From assembly GCA_025963715.1 (NCBI GenBank), contig JAOQAG010000008.1, positions 23,907-87,906 on the forward strand: 64,000 nt of DNA, in the 5' to 3' direction. Below, in pieces: positions 29,701 to 38,762 of this stretch (position 1 is the first letter of the stretch; each line of letters starts with the position of its first letter). The DNA is from Bacteroidota bacterium. Its GTDB lineage: Bacteria; Bacteroidota; Bacteroidia; 2-12-FULL-35-15. The notes under the pieces are model-generated. The model ran no database searches. It had not been told where the DNA came from and was given only the letters and a program-made list of their open reading frames with translations. The position numbers and the translations under genes are program-made.

Positions 29701-32324
29701 ACGTTTACCGTATATACACCGGCACACAGAGAACTAACCGTATTGGTTGTTCCGCCCGAAAGACCGGCAGGCAGCCAGTTGAATGAAAAAGTAGCAGTAC
29801 CGCCCGTTACTGTAGCTCCGGCAGTAGCATTGCAATCGCCGTTACAGGCTATGGTTGTGGAGTTGATGGTAACATTAAGAGGATTCGGCTGCGTAATGGT
29901 AACCGTTGCTGTTTTAATACAATTGTTGGCATCTTTTACAGTAACGGTGTACGTTCCCGGGCACAAGCCGGTAATAGTTGGTGTGGTAGCGCCTCCCGGT
30001 GACCAGGAATAACTGTAACCCGGTGTTCCGCCCGAAGGGTTTGCCGTTGCATTTCCATTGCAGGCGCCATTACAGGTCACATTCATTTTTGAGATCACCA
30101 CGTTTAAGATCGTTGGCTGCGTAACGGTTACGGTTTGAATGGTATCGCAACCATGCGCATCGGTTACAACCACATTGTACGTTCCGGTACACAAGCTGGT
30201 AATAGTTGGAGTACCATCTCCCGGAGGATTTCCGGGTGTCCAGTTGTAATTATACGGCGCTGTTCCACCCGCAGGTGCAGCAGTAGCTGTTCCGTTACAA
30301 TCACCAAAACATAATTCATTAACGCTGGTAGGATTGGCCGTCAGTAAAGCCGGTTGTGTGATCACCACAATTCCGGTATCGGAGCAACCGTGGGTATCGC
30401 CAACGGTAACCGTGTAGGTTCCCGGACAAAGTCCTGAAACATTGGGCGTACCATCTCCTATAGGATTTCCGGGCGTCCAGTTGTAATTATAAACAGGTGT
30501 TCCACCGGTTACAATTGCATGGGCTGTACCATCGCATAAACCAAAACAGGATATGTTCACACCTGTAGCCGACGCCAGCAATACTGCGGGTTGCGTAATA
30601 ATTACCGAATCTATTTTTGAACAGCCGTTTGCATCGGTCAGCTGAATAATATAGGTTCCCGCGGGAAGGCCGCTGATGGTGTTGGTTGTGGATGCCGTTG
30701 TAAGCGAGGAACCGTTGGACCATACGTATGTATATGGCGAAACACCGCCTGAAACTGTTGCTGTTGCTGTTCCGGTGGAAGCACTGCCGCAATCCACATT
30801 GGCATGAGAAACTGCTAAATTTAATATAGGCGGCTGTGTGATATTGGTGGTAAATGTGGCAATACACGAATGCGCATCCGTTACAGTGCAACTGTAACTG
30901 CCGGGGCATAAACCGGTAATTGACGGTGTTCCGTCGCCGGTGGGATTTCCCGGTGTCCAGTTATATCCATAAGGCGTTGTACCGCCGGTAGGAGCTACTG
31001 TTGCTGTTCCATTACAGGCGGCGTTACAAACTACATTTGTAAATGAACCCGGAACGGCTAATACCGCAGGCTGCGCTACCAAAATGGTCGTGCTTCCGGT
31101 ACATCCTCTCGAATCGATCACCGTTACAGTATACGTTCCCGCACATAAGTTCAAAACCGTATCATTGGTTCCTGCACCACCGGTCCATGAATAATTATAT
31201 CCGCCCGGGCCGGGTGTACCACCGGTTGCATCCACTACGGAAGAGCCATTGCATTGCCCGTTACAAAGTGGTTTGGTGGTCACGATCTCAAAATCAAACA
31301 GAACTCCCGGCTCAGTAATCTGAATAGAACAAAAACAAAATAATCCCGAAACGCTATCGGTTACTTTTACCGTATACGTACCTGCTCCCAGCCCGGTAAC
31401 ATTGGGTGTGCCCTGGCCGGTACCCGGCGCCGGTGACCAGAAAAAAGTAAAGGTTCCGGAGCCACCTGTTACTGTAGCATTGGCAGTTCCGTTGGCAAAT
31501 CCGTTACAAATCACGTTTGTTCCGGTTAGCGAAATGGTAAAGTTTGCGCAAGCCGTCCCGGAAGGTGTACAACCGGATGCTACTGCAGATACTGAACCGT
31601 AAGCCAATCCACCGCTTCTGAAATGGAACGTATCCAGCGAATCGGCAAACATGATGCGGGAAGAAGCTGCAGAAAGTATTAGATTGGAAGCATCACTGCA
31701 ATCCCATACATTGTTGATCAGGATCTCGGAAGAAGTTAAATTAAGCGTCCTACTTTGAGAAGAGTTGCTGCTGAAATTATTACAGATGATTTTTTTATCG
31801 TTGGTATTGAGTGTTCCTTTTGCGAGGCTGATATTAGCTGCCGGGGCATTTACATCATCAGCGAGCAGCCAGGAACCGGTACCGTTAAATACCCAATTGC
31901 CGATCAGTGCTACTCCGGCGGTGCTGATGCGATTACCGGAAGTGGTACCTGCAAAAACCGTTTGTCCCTTAAAACCGTTTGATAACAATGGAGATAAGGC
32001 ATAAGAACCGTTTACGGTCAATGTCCGGGCGCGTGCCGAAGAAAAAATAACGTTCTTGTCAATCCCGCTCCAGTTGATGCTGCGACAAGCACCATCAACA
32101 GTAAGCATCACCGTTTGTTTATCATCGGAAAAGGAATGAGCATCAAAAAAAACATCGTCGCTACCGGCAGGAATTACCGTTCCGCCTGCACCGCCGCTTA
32201 CCAGCGACCAATGGGATGCATCATTCCAGGCTCCTGTACCTCCCACCCAGTATAGGTTAGAAGCATCCAGGCAAAAATTAAACAACAATAGCAAGCCAAT
32301 AGTTACAAGTAAATTCTTTTTCAA
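23784..32324 (-). CDS. Giant SprB-repeat surface adhesin with type-B T9SS C-terminal domain (2846 aa)
   Basis: Signal peptide; YWVGGTGAWNDASHWS N-terminus; roughly 30 repeats of CxGxCNG..GGTxPYxYxW..GLCxGxYxVxVxDxxGC; CTD PDGISPNNDGDNDEW..YNRWG..GTYYYII. Confidence 0.92.
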   Translation of the reverse strand: MKKNLLVTIGLLLLFNFCLDASNLYWVGGTGAWNDASHWSLVSGGAGGTVIPAGSDDVFFDAHSFSDDKQTVMLTVDGACRSINWSGIDKNVIFSSARARTLTVNGSYALSPLLSNGFKGQTVFAGTTSGNRISTAGVALIGNWVFNGTGSWLLADDVNAPAANISLAKGTLNTNDKKIICNNFSSNSSQSRTLNLTSSEILINNVWDCSDASNLILSAASSRIMFADSLDTFHFRSGGLAYGSVSAVASGCTPSGTACANFTISLTGTNVICNGFANGTANATVTGGSGTFTFFWSPAPGTGQGTPNVTGLGAGTYTVKVTDSVSGLFCFCSIQITEPGVLFDFEIVTTKPLCNGQCNGSSVVDATGGTPGPGGYNYSWTGGAGTNDTVLNLCAGTYTVTVIDSRGCTGSTTILVAQPAVLAVPGSFTNVVCNAACNGTATVAPTGGTTPYGYNWTPGNPTGDGTPSITGLCPGSYSCTVTDAHSCIATFTTNITQPPILNLAVSHANVDCGSASTGTATATVSGGVSPYTYVWSNGSSLTTASTTNTISGLPAGTYIIQLTDANGCSKIDSVIITQPAVLLASATGVNISCFGLCDGTAHAIVTGGTPVYNYNWTPGNPIGDGTPNVSGLCPGTYTVTVGDTHGCSDTGIVVITQPALLTANPTSVNELCFGDCNGTATAAPAGGTAPYNYNWTPGNPPGDGTPTITSLCTGTYNVVVTDAHGCDTIQTVTVTQPTILNVVISKMNVTCNGACNGNATANPSGGTPGYSYSWSPGGATTPTITGLCPGTYTVTVKDANNCIKTATVTITQPNPLNVTINSTTIACNGDCNATAGATVTGGTATFSFNWLPAGLSGGTTNTVSSLCAGVYTVNVTDLNGCPATANVTISQPTPLTVVSSSTDVTCFGLCNGTASVIAGGGTPGYTYSWAPGGQITPSITGLCAGTYTVTVKDANGCMLTNTVIVNTPTQVLGNPVVASNVTCAGLCNGSAASSAIGGSGGYTYNWLPGTPAGDGTPTITGLCAGSYTLVTTDGNGCTSSQPVIITQPAVLSAPITGSTSSCNVCNGTATVTAAGGTPPYNYSWAPGGQSTPTAIGLCPNMTYTVTVTDAHGCTASSVVTIMQTITITITTSNTTLSCAGACDGIATANAGGGLAPYNYLWVDSTGTVSTSQTATGLCAGSYTVTVVDANGCLNTAIVVFTNPPVLSVSATHTNATCGGSCNGTANGTASGGNGAFTYLWMPGGQTTAAVSGLCAGTYTFTATDAGGCSDTAIVTVTEPTLVLDNVTITDANCLLADGSITVAPTGGSGSYTYVWSGPGALTGQGTPSLINLLPGAYSLVITDGSSCSFTFSYILNNVNGPNLTMAHTNVTCHNACNGTATVTASGGAGGYLYNWTPGNPTGDGTNAVISLCGTTTYTITVTDVAGCIRLDTATVNNPTLISPNPVVVNESCGGSCNGSITLNTTGGTPGYSYAWSPGGATTPTISGLCAGSYTVIVTDTNGCDSTLIITITAPPMLVVTLSSTNVRCAFNCDGTATATPSGGSGSGYSYSWTNQPPAIVLPNIVNLCPNQYIVTLTDGNGCTAKDTVNITEPPPLFASTSQVNASCNGVCDGIAIVTATGGTIPYGYSWSPGAISNDTASGLCAGSYNPVVTDANGCASTPPPVVITQPGAIVPAVTTTNSTCNSACNGTATAAPTGGTAPYTYNWSPGVITGQGTPNATALCAGAYVLTITDSLGCARNQNITLIDPPTLNANPTSTSPTCNNSCNGTVTATPVGGTAGYTYSWSPGAAITPIVSGLCPATYTVIVTDTKNCKDTQTVVVANPPQLSIVSGSTPANCGVCNGSITISPITGQTPYTYVWSPAVTGQGTPNGTNICAGLYNITVTDANGCDSTFIIPMNNSGGVTGETVSTIDVSCNSFCNGSGSVVPIGGVAPFNFLWNNGPPPTANDTATSLCAGNYFVQITDSNTCIHFSPVTINQPAPILSNASITSAICSNVCTGAISLATTGGTPGYTYVWTPGAITGQGTANVTGLCPGTYTVVITDAHLCTKTDSFTVTQSAPLAATIGSTNISCSNVCNGTAHVTITSGTAPYNIQWNDAAGQTNDTATALCAGNYSVTITDANGCSVTLNTTITATPPVAANPVITDATCGVCNGSAVLTPSGGAAPYNYLWSNGQTTATATNLCSGLYTVNITDANGCVNSAAIPVNNTSGPTGIAITATNVTCNGSANGAVTGVTPSGGTPPYTYFWIAGGQTTATLSGLSAGIYFVEVTDSSGCSRLDSVTITQPAAILANQTITAAACGVCDGTITIAPSGGMAPYTILWNTGSTALTLTNLCAGIYSVQITDANGCVVNVVIPLSNFNASSLAITSTNISCNAFCNGTATVVATGGTAPYAYSWNDLGLQTTPVATALCAGNYAVEVTGANGCVAVGTVSLTQPTPIVFSLVNATNPLCNGDTSGTITVIPSGGTLAYSYAWTPSGGSGLTATGLTANTYTVTVTDGNGCTATQSTVLSQTTALTISSTSVNPSCNTIADGSIDVTVGGGTSTYSYQWSGGSTAITEDLSGILGGTYTVNVTDGNGCTVSDTTVLTPSQSVIAAAGNDTSFCQNGSIVLNASGSVNGVNYQWFEIPANTSVGNTSNVSVAPPIGITDYYVMVDNGTGCTDNDTITVISNALPTASAGPDVSIVIAQSTPIGGSPTTTASGATAMWTPLPGLDNATAFNPIATPVTTTLYTVTITSAQGCIASDSVLVTVLPTIKIPDGISPNNDGDNDEWLIDGIEMFPNCTVEVYNRWGELLFQSPGYKEHWKGVYKGKDLPVGTYYYIIDLGDPLFPDAYTGPITILR

Positions 32325-32687
32325 AGCTATGTAGTGTTTAGGAGTGATTTATCCACAATTCAATTACTACAAATATGCTATAAATACCCGATATATAAAA
32401 ATTGAAATGAAAGGTTTTTAACAGCGTTCTGTTAGTTCATTCTGAAGATGCAAAAAAGCAGCTAAAAGTTGCTTATACAGGCAGTTACGTGAAAAATAAA
32501 ATACCGTAAATCTGTAACCTTTTTCGAATACTGCTTTGGTGGCATAAACAGCATTCGCATAAAGCGGAAACGAATGATTATTTTGCGAAACGAAATGGGG
32601 ATTGGCACAACAGTTTTATAGTCTGTGAGAAATAGCATTAAATAAGTATCCGGAACTTTGTACCATAAAAAGAGTTCCTTTAAGAAC

Positions 32688-32778
32688 GTCATTGCGAGGG
32701 CTTTTCGCCCGAAGCAATCTCATTCTGGTTTTATACTCTGGTGTGGGATTGCTTCGGGCGAAAAGCCCTCGCAATGAC
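32688..32778. repeat. ~91-bp palindromic REP/MITE-like element, GTCATTGCGAG family
   Basis: Near-identical to 12901-12991. Confidence 0.9.
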
Positions 32779-33049
32779 GCGCTAAGTAAAAAATCAATAA
32801 AAATAAAGCGAAAGTTTATACCAAAACTGTTTTATCTTATTGAAAAAAATTTCATTAACACGTCATTCCGATCCCCCAGGTGGAGAAGATCTCATTTAAA
32901 TCTACCACATAAGGTACAAAGTTCCGGATACTCATTTAGCATTAAGAACCGGTAATATTATTATATAATGCAGATCACATTAAAAAAAAGATTGCAAACC
33001 ATTGCCAGAAAAGGGATTTACAAAAAAGAGCAAAAAATAAGCAGGCACT

Positions 33050-33077
33050 TGTAACTAATTAAAAGAGATGCGCGTCA
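33050..33077 (+). promoter_or_regulatory. Possible ECF-type promoter (TGTAAC-N17-CGTC)
   Basis: tgtaac taattaaaagagatgcg cgtca, about 30 nt upstream of ATG 33109; single occurrence. Confidence 0.35.
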
Positions 33078-33108
33078 CATTCAAAAAACAAGAAAACTCT
33101 TAAAAACT

Positions 33109-34563
33109 ATGAATACTAAAACTATCAAATCGAAAATGTACGGGGTGTTATTTTTAACATGCATTTCCGTACTTGGTGTGAAAGCGCAACAGGTAAGAAC
33201 CGTTGGTGACTTTACAGGAATTAAAGCCGGTGACTCTTTTGATATCGTTCTTTCACAAAGCGACGCCAACAGTGTAAAAGTGGATGCACCGGACAATGTG
33301 CAGGCACAAATTAAAACAGAAGTAAAAGACGGGATTCTGACTGTTACTACTGAAGGTAACATCAAAACCGACAAAACGATCACGATCACGATCGGGGTAA
33401 AAAACCTGACCAGCCTGGATGCATCGGGTGCTGCGGATATTAAATCCGATAACCAGCTTACCTGCGATAAATTAACGATCACTTCCAACGGTGCCGGTGA
33501 TGTAAACCTTGATGTGAAAGCAAACGAAGTGAAAGCGCAGATCAGCGGTGCTGGCGATGTTACTTTAAAAGGAACTGCTCAGCTACTGGATGCAGGTGTT
33601 TCCGGAGCCGGTGATTTAAAAGCATCGAACCTGGAAGCTGATAAAGTAAAAGTAAAAGCAACGGGAGCCGGAAGTGCAAAGGTGTATGCGAAACAAAGCC
33701 TCGATGCGGATGTTTCCGGCGCTGGTGACGTGATCTACAAAGGCAACCCGGTTGATCCTACGGTAAATATTTCCGGATCAGGATCTGTTCGCGAAAGCAA
33801 AAGCGGTAATGGCGAAGAAACGGCAAGAGATACGACCAAAATTAAACTGGGCGGAAAAAAATACATGATCATTGGCGACGATGATAATGATCAGAAAGCA
33901 GAAGTACACAGCAAAAAAGATTCGATCCGCAATTACAATTCTGATTTTAAACACTGGAACGGTGTGGAACTGGGCGTAAATGGTTTTATGGATTATAAAA
34001 ACAGCCTGAATGCACCTGATAATGCTAAATTTTTAGAATTGAATTATGCAAAATCGTACCAGTTTGGAGTTAATTTATTTGAAAAGGATTTTCATATCTA
34101 TAAAAACTTCATCAACATTGTTACCGGTGTAGGATTTAATTTCAACCATTATGCATTCGATAACAACGTTACATTAAGAGCAGATAGTACGTATATGTCG
34201 GCAAGTACAGACTCGGTAAAATACAAAAAGAACACACTGAATGTTAGCTACATCAGAGCTCCGTTGATGCTGGAGATCAACACCAGCAAAAACCCGAAAA
34301 ATAATTTTCACATTGCAGGCGGTGTTGAGTTTGAATATATGATCCACGCGGTATCAAAACAACGTTACGATGAAAACGACAATCATTACAAGATCAAAAA
34401 ACGTGATGATTTTAATATGGATCCGTTCAGCTACAGCGCTATTGCACGTATTGGTTATAACAATGTAACAGTGTATGCAACTTACGGCCTGAACCGTTTG
34501 TTCAAAAAAGACGAAGGTCCGCAAGTATATCCTGTAAGTGTTGGAATTTCCTGGACGCTGTAA
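33109..34563 (+). CDS. DUF2807/GIN-like beta-helix domain fused to an outer-membrane beta-barrel
   Basis: Repeated SGAGD motifs ending VIYKGNP..SGSGSV; C-terminal HWNGVELG..PLMLE..ARIGY..YPVSVGISW barrel. Confidence 0.75.
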   Translation: MNTKTIKSKMYGVLFLTCISVLGVKAQQVRTVGDFTGIKAGDSFDIVLSQSDANSVKVDAPDNVQAQIKTEVKDGILTVTTEGNIKTDKTITITIGVKNLTSLDASGAADIKSDNQLTCDKLTITSNGAGDVNLDVKANEVKAQISGAGDVTLKGTAQLLDAGVSGAGDLKASNLEADKVKVKATGAGSAKVYAKQSLDADVSGAGDVIYKGNPVDPTVNISGSGSVRESKSGNGEETARDTTKIKLGGKKYMIIGDDDNDQKAEVHSKKDSIRNYNSDFKHWNGVELGVNGFMDYKNSLNAPDNAKFLELNYAKSYQFGVNLFEKDFHIYKNFINIVTGVGFNFNHYAFDNNVTLRADSTYMSASTDSVKYKKNTLNVSYIRAPLMLEINTSKNPKNNFHIAGGVEFEYMIHAVSKQRYDENDNHYKIKKRDDFNMDPFSYSAIARIGYNNVTVYATYGLNRLFKKDEGPQVYPVSVGISWTL

Positions 34564-34624
34564 GTTATAAAGTTGAAAAGTTTAAAGGAATTTAGTTTTG
34601 ATTTAGTACCCAGTTAATTATGAG

Positions 34625-34659
34625 AAATCCCACGACATACACGTTGTGGGATTTTTTTT
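34625..34659 (+). terminator. Rho-independent terminator
   Basis: aaatcccacgac...gttgtgggattt followed by a T run. Confidence 0.7.
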
Positions 34660-34691
34660 GTTTGTCTAATGGCATGTTGGTCCCTAATTAA

Positions 34692-34720
34692 CAGATCCCG
34701 GGTCAGGCCCGGGATGACAG
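34692..34720. repeat. REP-like palindrome, GTCATCCCGGG family
   Basis: cagatcccgggtcaggcccgggatgacag. Confidence 0.8.
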
Positions 34721-34811
34721 TCAAAAGGATGATCGATTTTCATAATTAACCTTTCAAAAGGCATCTGCGCACAGCAAACTTTGAACTTTCCAACTTTAAA
34801 CTTTAAACTTA

Positions 34812-35570
34812 TTAAAGCGCTTTATTCAACTGAAACAACAGCGGTTTGCTTGGTGAAGCATCATTTTCAAAGCTCGCGATCTGGATGTTAAGTAAATATG
34901 TTCCATCAAAAATAGTATTGGGAACATAGATCATTTCGGTGATGGTGCGTGCAGTTTTTGTATTGTGCGGATATTGCCAGAATGCATGATGCGCCAATAG
35001 TTTCCCGCCATCCACTTCCTTATCCACCGATGGCAGATCGATGAGTAAATGATCAATTCCCAGCTGATCAATGTATTCGGCGGCTTCGTGATGCAGGTAA
35101 GGCGGATTGGTGTTGGAATATTGCCGGTTAATTTTTGAGATGTGATTATCAAGTGTACGGATGACGAGTGCTTCCGGATGCTTTCCATCCAGGCAGTTTT
35201 CGATGTGTTGTTTTGTAATAATGTGATCGCCTTCCGGAGTTTCATCCGGTAAAATGGTGATCAGCTCTGCCATAAAAAAGAATTTTTTCAGAGATTGGTT
35301 AATGCTGTAATCTTCCTTGCTGATGTGCCCCACACATTCGGTGTGTGTACCGTTGCCATGCGGATTGAACATAATGTTCCTGAAATTTACAGAACCGCCC
35401 TGCTTTACATCGCCCACCCAATCGCCCATACGAACTGGCTCAATTGTAACCGGTTTAGCATACCATGCATTCACATTTTCTTTTCCCGTGCGTAAGGGAA
35501 TAGAAATATCGATCGGTTTATCGAGATCAAGATTGTAGGATGTTCCTTTGAATGTGATTTTTGTAACCAT
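34812..35570 (-). CDS. Cyclase-family (kynurenine formamidase-like) metallohydrolase
   Basis: PHGNGTHTECVGH, IDLPSVD, AHHAFW, TITEM, DASPSKP. Confidence 0.88.
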   Translation of the reverse strand: MVTKITFKGTSYNLDLDKPIDISIPLRTGKENVNAWYAKPVTIEPVRMGDWVGDVKQGGSVNFRNIMFNPHGNGTHTECVGHISKEDYSINQSLKKFFFMAELITILPDETPEGDHIITKQHIENCLDGKHPEALVIRTLDNHISKINRQYSNTNPPYLHHEAAEYIDQLGIDHLLIDLPSVDKEVDGGKLLAHHAFWQYPHNTKTARTITEMIYVPNTIFDGTYLLNIQIASFENDASPSKPLLFQLNKAL

Positions 35571-35612
35571 GTATTTTAAGTGTTTGATTTTATAAAACAG
35601 CAGTGAAAAAAT

Positions 35613-36743
35613 TTATTCTACTTCGAATAAATCACTTGCAATTTTATCGGCAATTAATTTTCCTTTATCTGTTAAAAATAATTGATTCTCTTCAAATAAA
35701 AGATCATTTGAAGCAATATATTTTTGTGCTTCCTGCAAACAGTATTTTGCAAATTTTTCTCCGTAATTATTTTTTATCTGCTCCAGCGATGTGCCCCAGA
35801 TGGTGCGCAGGGAGGTAAGTACATATTCGTTGTAACGCTGCGCTATTGTTAGGTTTTCCGATTCAAAATTCAGTTCATTTTTTTCCAGCGATTGAATATA
35901 CAGACCATTGTTGGACACATTCCACTGGCGCGTGATGCCATTGTAGGAATGTGCCGACGGGCCTACTCCCAGGTATTTTTCTTTGAGCCAGTAATTGCTG
36001 TTGTGACGTGAATAAAACCCGTCTTTACAAAAATTAGAAATTTCGTATTGTACAAAATCATTGGCACGCATTCCTTCCAGCATGATCTCAAATTGTTCGG
36101 CGCTTTGCTGCTCGTCCACATTTTTTATTTTACCGGTTTTTACAGCCTGCGCCAATGCTGTTTTTGGCTCTACGGTTAAGCAATATGCCGAAATATGTTT
36201 TACATCCAGCGCAAATGCGATCTGCAAATTATTGCGCCATTTGTGTTCGGTCAACGTCGGCATTCCATAGATCAGGTCGATCGTGAGATTTTCAAAACCC
36301 TGGTCCTGCGCAAATTTTACGGCGTTTAATGCTTCTGCAGAATTATGAGCGCGGTTCATCAGCTTTAGATCTTCATCGTAAAAGCTCTGAATGCCAATGC
36401 TGAACCTATTCACAGGCGTGCTCTTTAATTCCCTTATTTTTATTTCCGTGAGATCATCCGGGTTTGCTTCGAGTGTGATCTCTGCATTTGCATCGATTGT
36501 AAAATGTTTATTGAGCGTTTCAAAAAGATCCAGCAGCTCTGCCTGTGTGAGCAATGAAGGAGTTCCACCTCCGAAATAAATGGTGGAAATATTTTTTGTT
36601 CCCAGATAATCTTGCTGAAGCGCGATCTCTCTTTTGAGTGCTTTTAAAAATGCATCCTTGTTTTGAAGCGATGTGGAGAAATGAAAATCGCAGTAATTGC
36701 AAGCTTGTTTGCAAAACGGAATATGAATGTAAATACCGGCCAT
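35613..36743 (-). CDS. hemW: Radical SAM heme chaperone HemW (HemN-like)
   Basis: YIHIPFCKQACNYCDF, YFGGGTPS, EANP, YEISNF, HNSNYW. Confidence 0.94.
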   Translation of the reverse strand: MAGIYIHIPFCKQACNYCDFHFSTSLQNKDAFLKALKREIALQQDYLGTKNISTIYFGGGTPSLLTQAELLDLFETLNKHFTIDANAEITLEANPDDLTEIKIRELKSTPVNRFSIGIQSFYDEDLKLMNRAHNSAEALNAVKFAQDQGFENLTIDLIYGMPTLTEHKWRNNLQIAFALDVKHISAYCLTVEPKTALAQAVKTGKIKNVDEQQSAEQFEIMLEGMRANDFVQYEISNFCKDGFYSRHNSNYWLKEKYLGVGPSAHSYNGITRQWNVSNNGLYIQSLEKNELNFESENLTIAQRYNEYVLTSLRTIWGTSLEQIKNNYGEKFAKYCLQEAQKYIASNDLLFEENQLFLTDKGKLIADKIASDLFEVE

Positions 36744-38245
36744 TATTTATTCAGCACGATCCTGAACGTGGTTCCTTTGTCCTGTTCGGAGCTTTTTACA
36801 AATATTTTTCCGGAATGGTAATTTTCGATGATGCGTTTTGTCAATGACAAACCAAGTCCCCATCCTCTTTGTTTGGTAGTATATCCCGGCTCAAATACCG
36901 TTTTGTATTTCGATTTTGGAATTCCTTTTCCGGTATCTGCAATATCGATGTACACAAATTGCGTTTGATCGGAAATGGAAATTTTGATCTCACCGTTTCC
37001 GTTCATTGCATCCACTGCATTACGGATCAGGTTTTCGATCACCCATTCAAATAACGGAACATTGAGCTGTGCGGTGATCTCGGCAGAATTAGCTTTTTCA
37101 ACAGAAAAAATAACATTTTTAGACGTACGCAATTTCATATAATTCACTGCATCGTTCAATACTTTTGTCACCTCCACATCGTCCAGTTTTGGCACCGATC
37201 CGATCTTGGAAAAGCGCTCTGTAATGGTTTCCAATCGTTTTACATCCTTCTCGATCTCGCTTGCCGTTTCCGGATCCAGTCCTTTGGAACGCAAATATTC
37301 CAGCCATGCGATCAGCGACGAAAGCGGCGTTCCGAGCTGATGCGCCGTTTCTTTTGCCATTCCCACCCATACCTGGTTTTGCTCAACGCGACGCGCCGTG
37401 CTGAATAATAAATAAGCGATCAGTAAAAACAACCCGATGATGGTAAACATCACGTATGGATAATATTTTAATTGTGTGAGCAAGGTGGATTCCTGGTAAA
37501 AAATGTAACTCTTTGCACCATCTCCAAACTCTACTTCTATTGGTTGATTTTGCGCAGCCATTACTGCAATCTGACTGATCAGGAAGGTGGTATCATTTCT
37601 TCTCAATGAATCGATGTTACCGGAAGCGATCACATGCTGTCGCGTGGAATCCGTGTAGATCACAGGCACAGAGGCGGAATTGACGGCAACTTCGGAAATA
37701 AATGATTTGATCAGATCGTCCAGTACATTTTTCAGATCGGAAAAAAGGCGGGAATCTTTATAATATAAATAATTTTTTTGTCCTTTATAAATGGTGATCT
37801 CGATCGGCTCCTGCACAGCACGCATGGCCTGCATTTGCATTTTTAAATAGGCTTTGTCATTTTCCTTCGTGGAATCCAGGTTGCGGGAAGTGATCGGTGT
37901 ACCGTGCTCATCCGCAAGAATTACGGGCACAGTGGTATTATCGGAAACCACTTTCAGTACAAATCCGTAATCGGTAAGATCCATGGAAAGCTGCTTGGTT
38001 GCTTCGGCCCAGAGTTCTACTTTTTTGCGTTCGTCTGCTTTGATCTTGTTAAAAAGCTCGTTGGTATATTTTACCAATCCAACTTTCCGCTGGATGGCAT
38101 CCGCCCAGAGTTTTACTTTTTTACGCTCTTCCTTCGCTATCTTGTTCACAAGCGTATTGGTGTACCAGAGAGATACGCCCACAATCACAACTGCCGTCAT
38201 GAACAACCACAATTTCCAGGTCTGCTTTTTTGAATAGATACTCAC
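36743..38245 (-). CDS. Sensor histidine kinase with a duplicated periplasmic sensor
   Basis: Two TM helices; H-box ETAHQLGTPLS; ENLIRNAVDA, DTGKGI, GWGLGLSL. Confidence 0.92.
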   Translation of the reverse strand: MSIYSKKQTWKLWLFMTAVVIVGVSLWYTNTLVNKIAKEERKKVKLWADAIQRKVGLVKYTNELFNKIKADERKKVELWAEATKQLSMDLTDYGFVLKVVSDNTTVPVILADEHGTPITSRNLDSTKENDKAYLKMQMQAMRAVQEPIEITIYKGQKNYLYYKDSRLFSDLKNVLDDLIKSFISEVAVNSASVPVIYTDSTRQHVIASGNIDSLRRNDTTFLISQIAVMAAQNQPIEVEFGDGAKSYIFYQESTLLTQLKYYPYVMFTIIGLFLLIAYLLFSTARRVEQNQVWVGMAKETAHQLGTPLSSLIAWLEYLRSKGLDPETASEIEKDVKRLETITERFSKIGSVPKLDDVEVTKVLNDAVNYMKLRTSKNVIFSVEKANSAEITAQLNVPLFEWVIENLIRNAVDAMNGNGEIKISISDQTQFVYIDIADTGKGIPKSKYKTVFEPGYTTKQRGWGLGLSLTKRIIENYHSGKIFVKSSEQDKGTTFRIVLNK

Positions 38246-38458
38246 TAAATCGGTCTTTTTATTAGAGTTACGAATTTAGTGATTTTATTTTGAACGGCAT
38301 ATTCGCGCAAGCGTAATAAAGCGGCGAAATTGGGGAATCTGCGGTGCGAAGATTAATTTTATTTTATCCGCATGTTAAAAAAACGAGTAAAACGATTGGT
38401 AATAAAGGTTTATCGGGGAGCAAGAGTAAAATGAATGTGAATTCATAGAAAAAATAAA

Positions 38459-38689
38459 GCCACAGATTCACAGATTTTTTCTTTTCAAATTAATTACACA
38501 GATTTTCCGAATCGCAAAGCGATTTGAATGATCTGAGTAAATTTTTTTCAGTTTTTTAATCTGTGAATCTGTGGCGACAATAATACAATGGCAGGATGCC
38601 ATAAAATAAATTGGCACGTTGGGACAACGCGCCTGCGTGAGTTATATAGTTTTTAATTGGCAGATCCCGGGTCAGGCCCGGGATGACAG
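38459..38689. repeat. Repeat mosaic: GCCACAGATTCACAGAT palindromic element, GGCACG..CGCGCCTG half-REP and GTCATCCCGGG REP
   Basis: 38459-38575 is an inverted homolog of 45465-45723; 38587-38637 matches the reverse complement of 45560-45609; 38660-38689 matches the 50183 family. Confidence 0.75.
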
Positions 38690-38762
38690 TACAGAAGAAA
38701 AATCCACTTCCTAATTTACACACAGCATCCACACAGATTGGTATATTAGTAAAAATTGGTAT

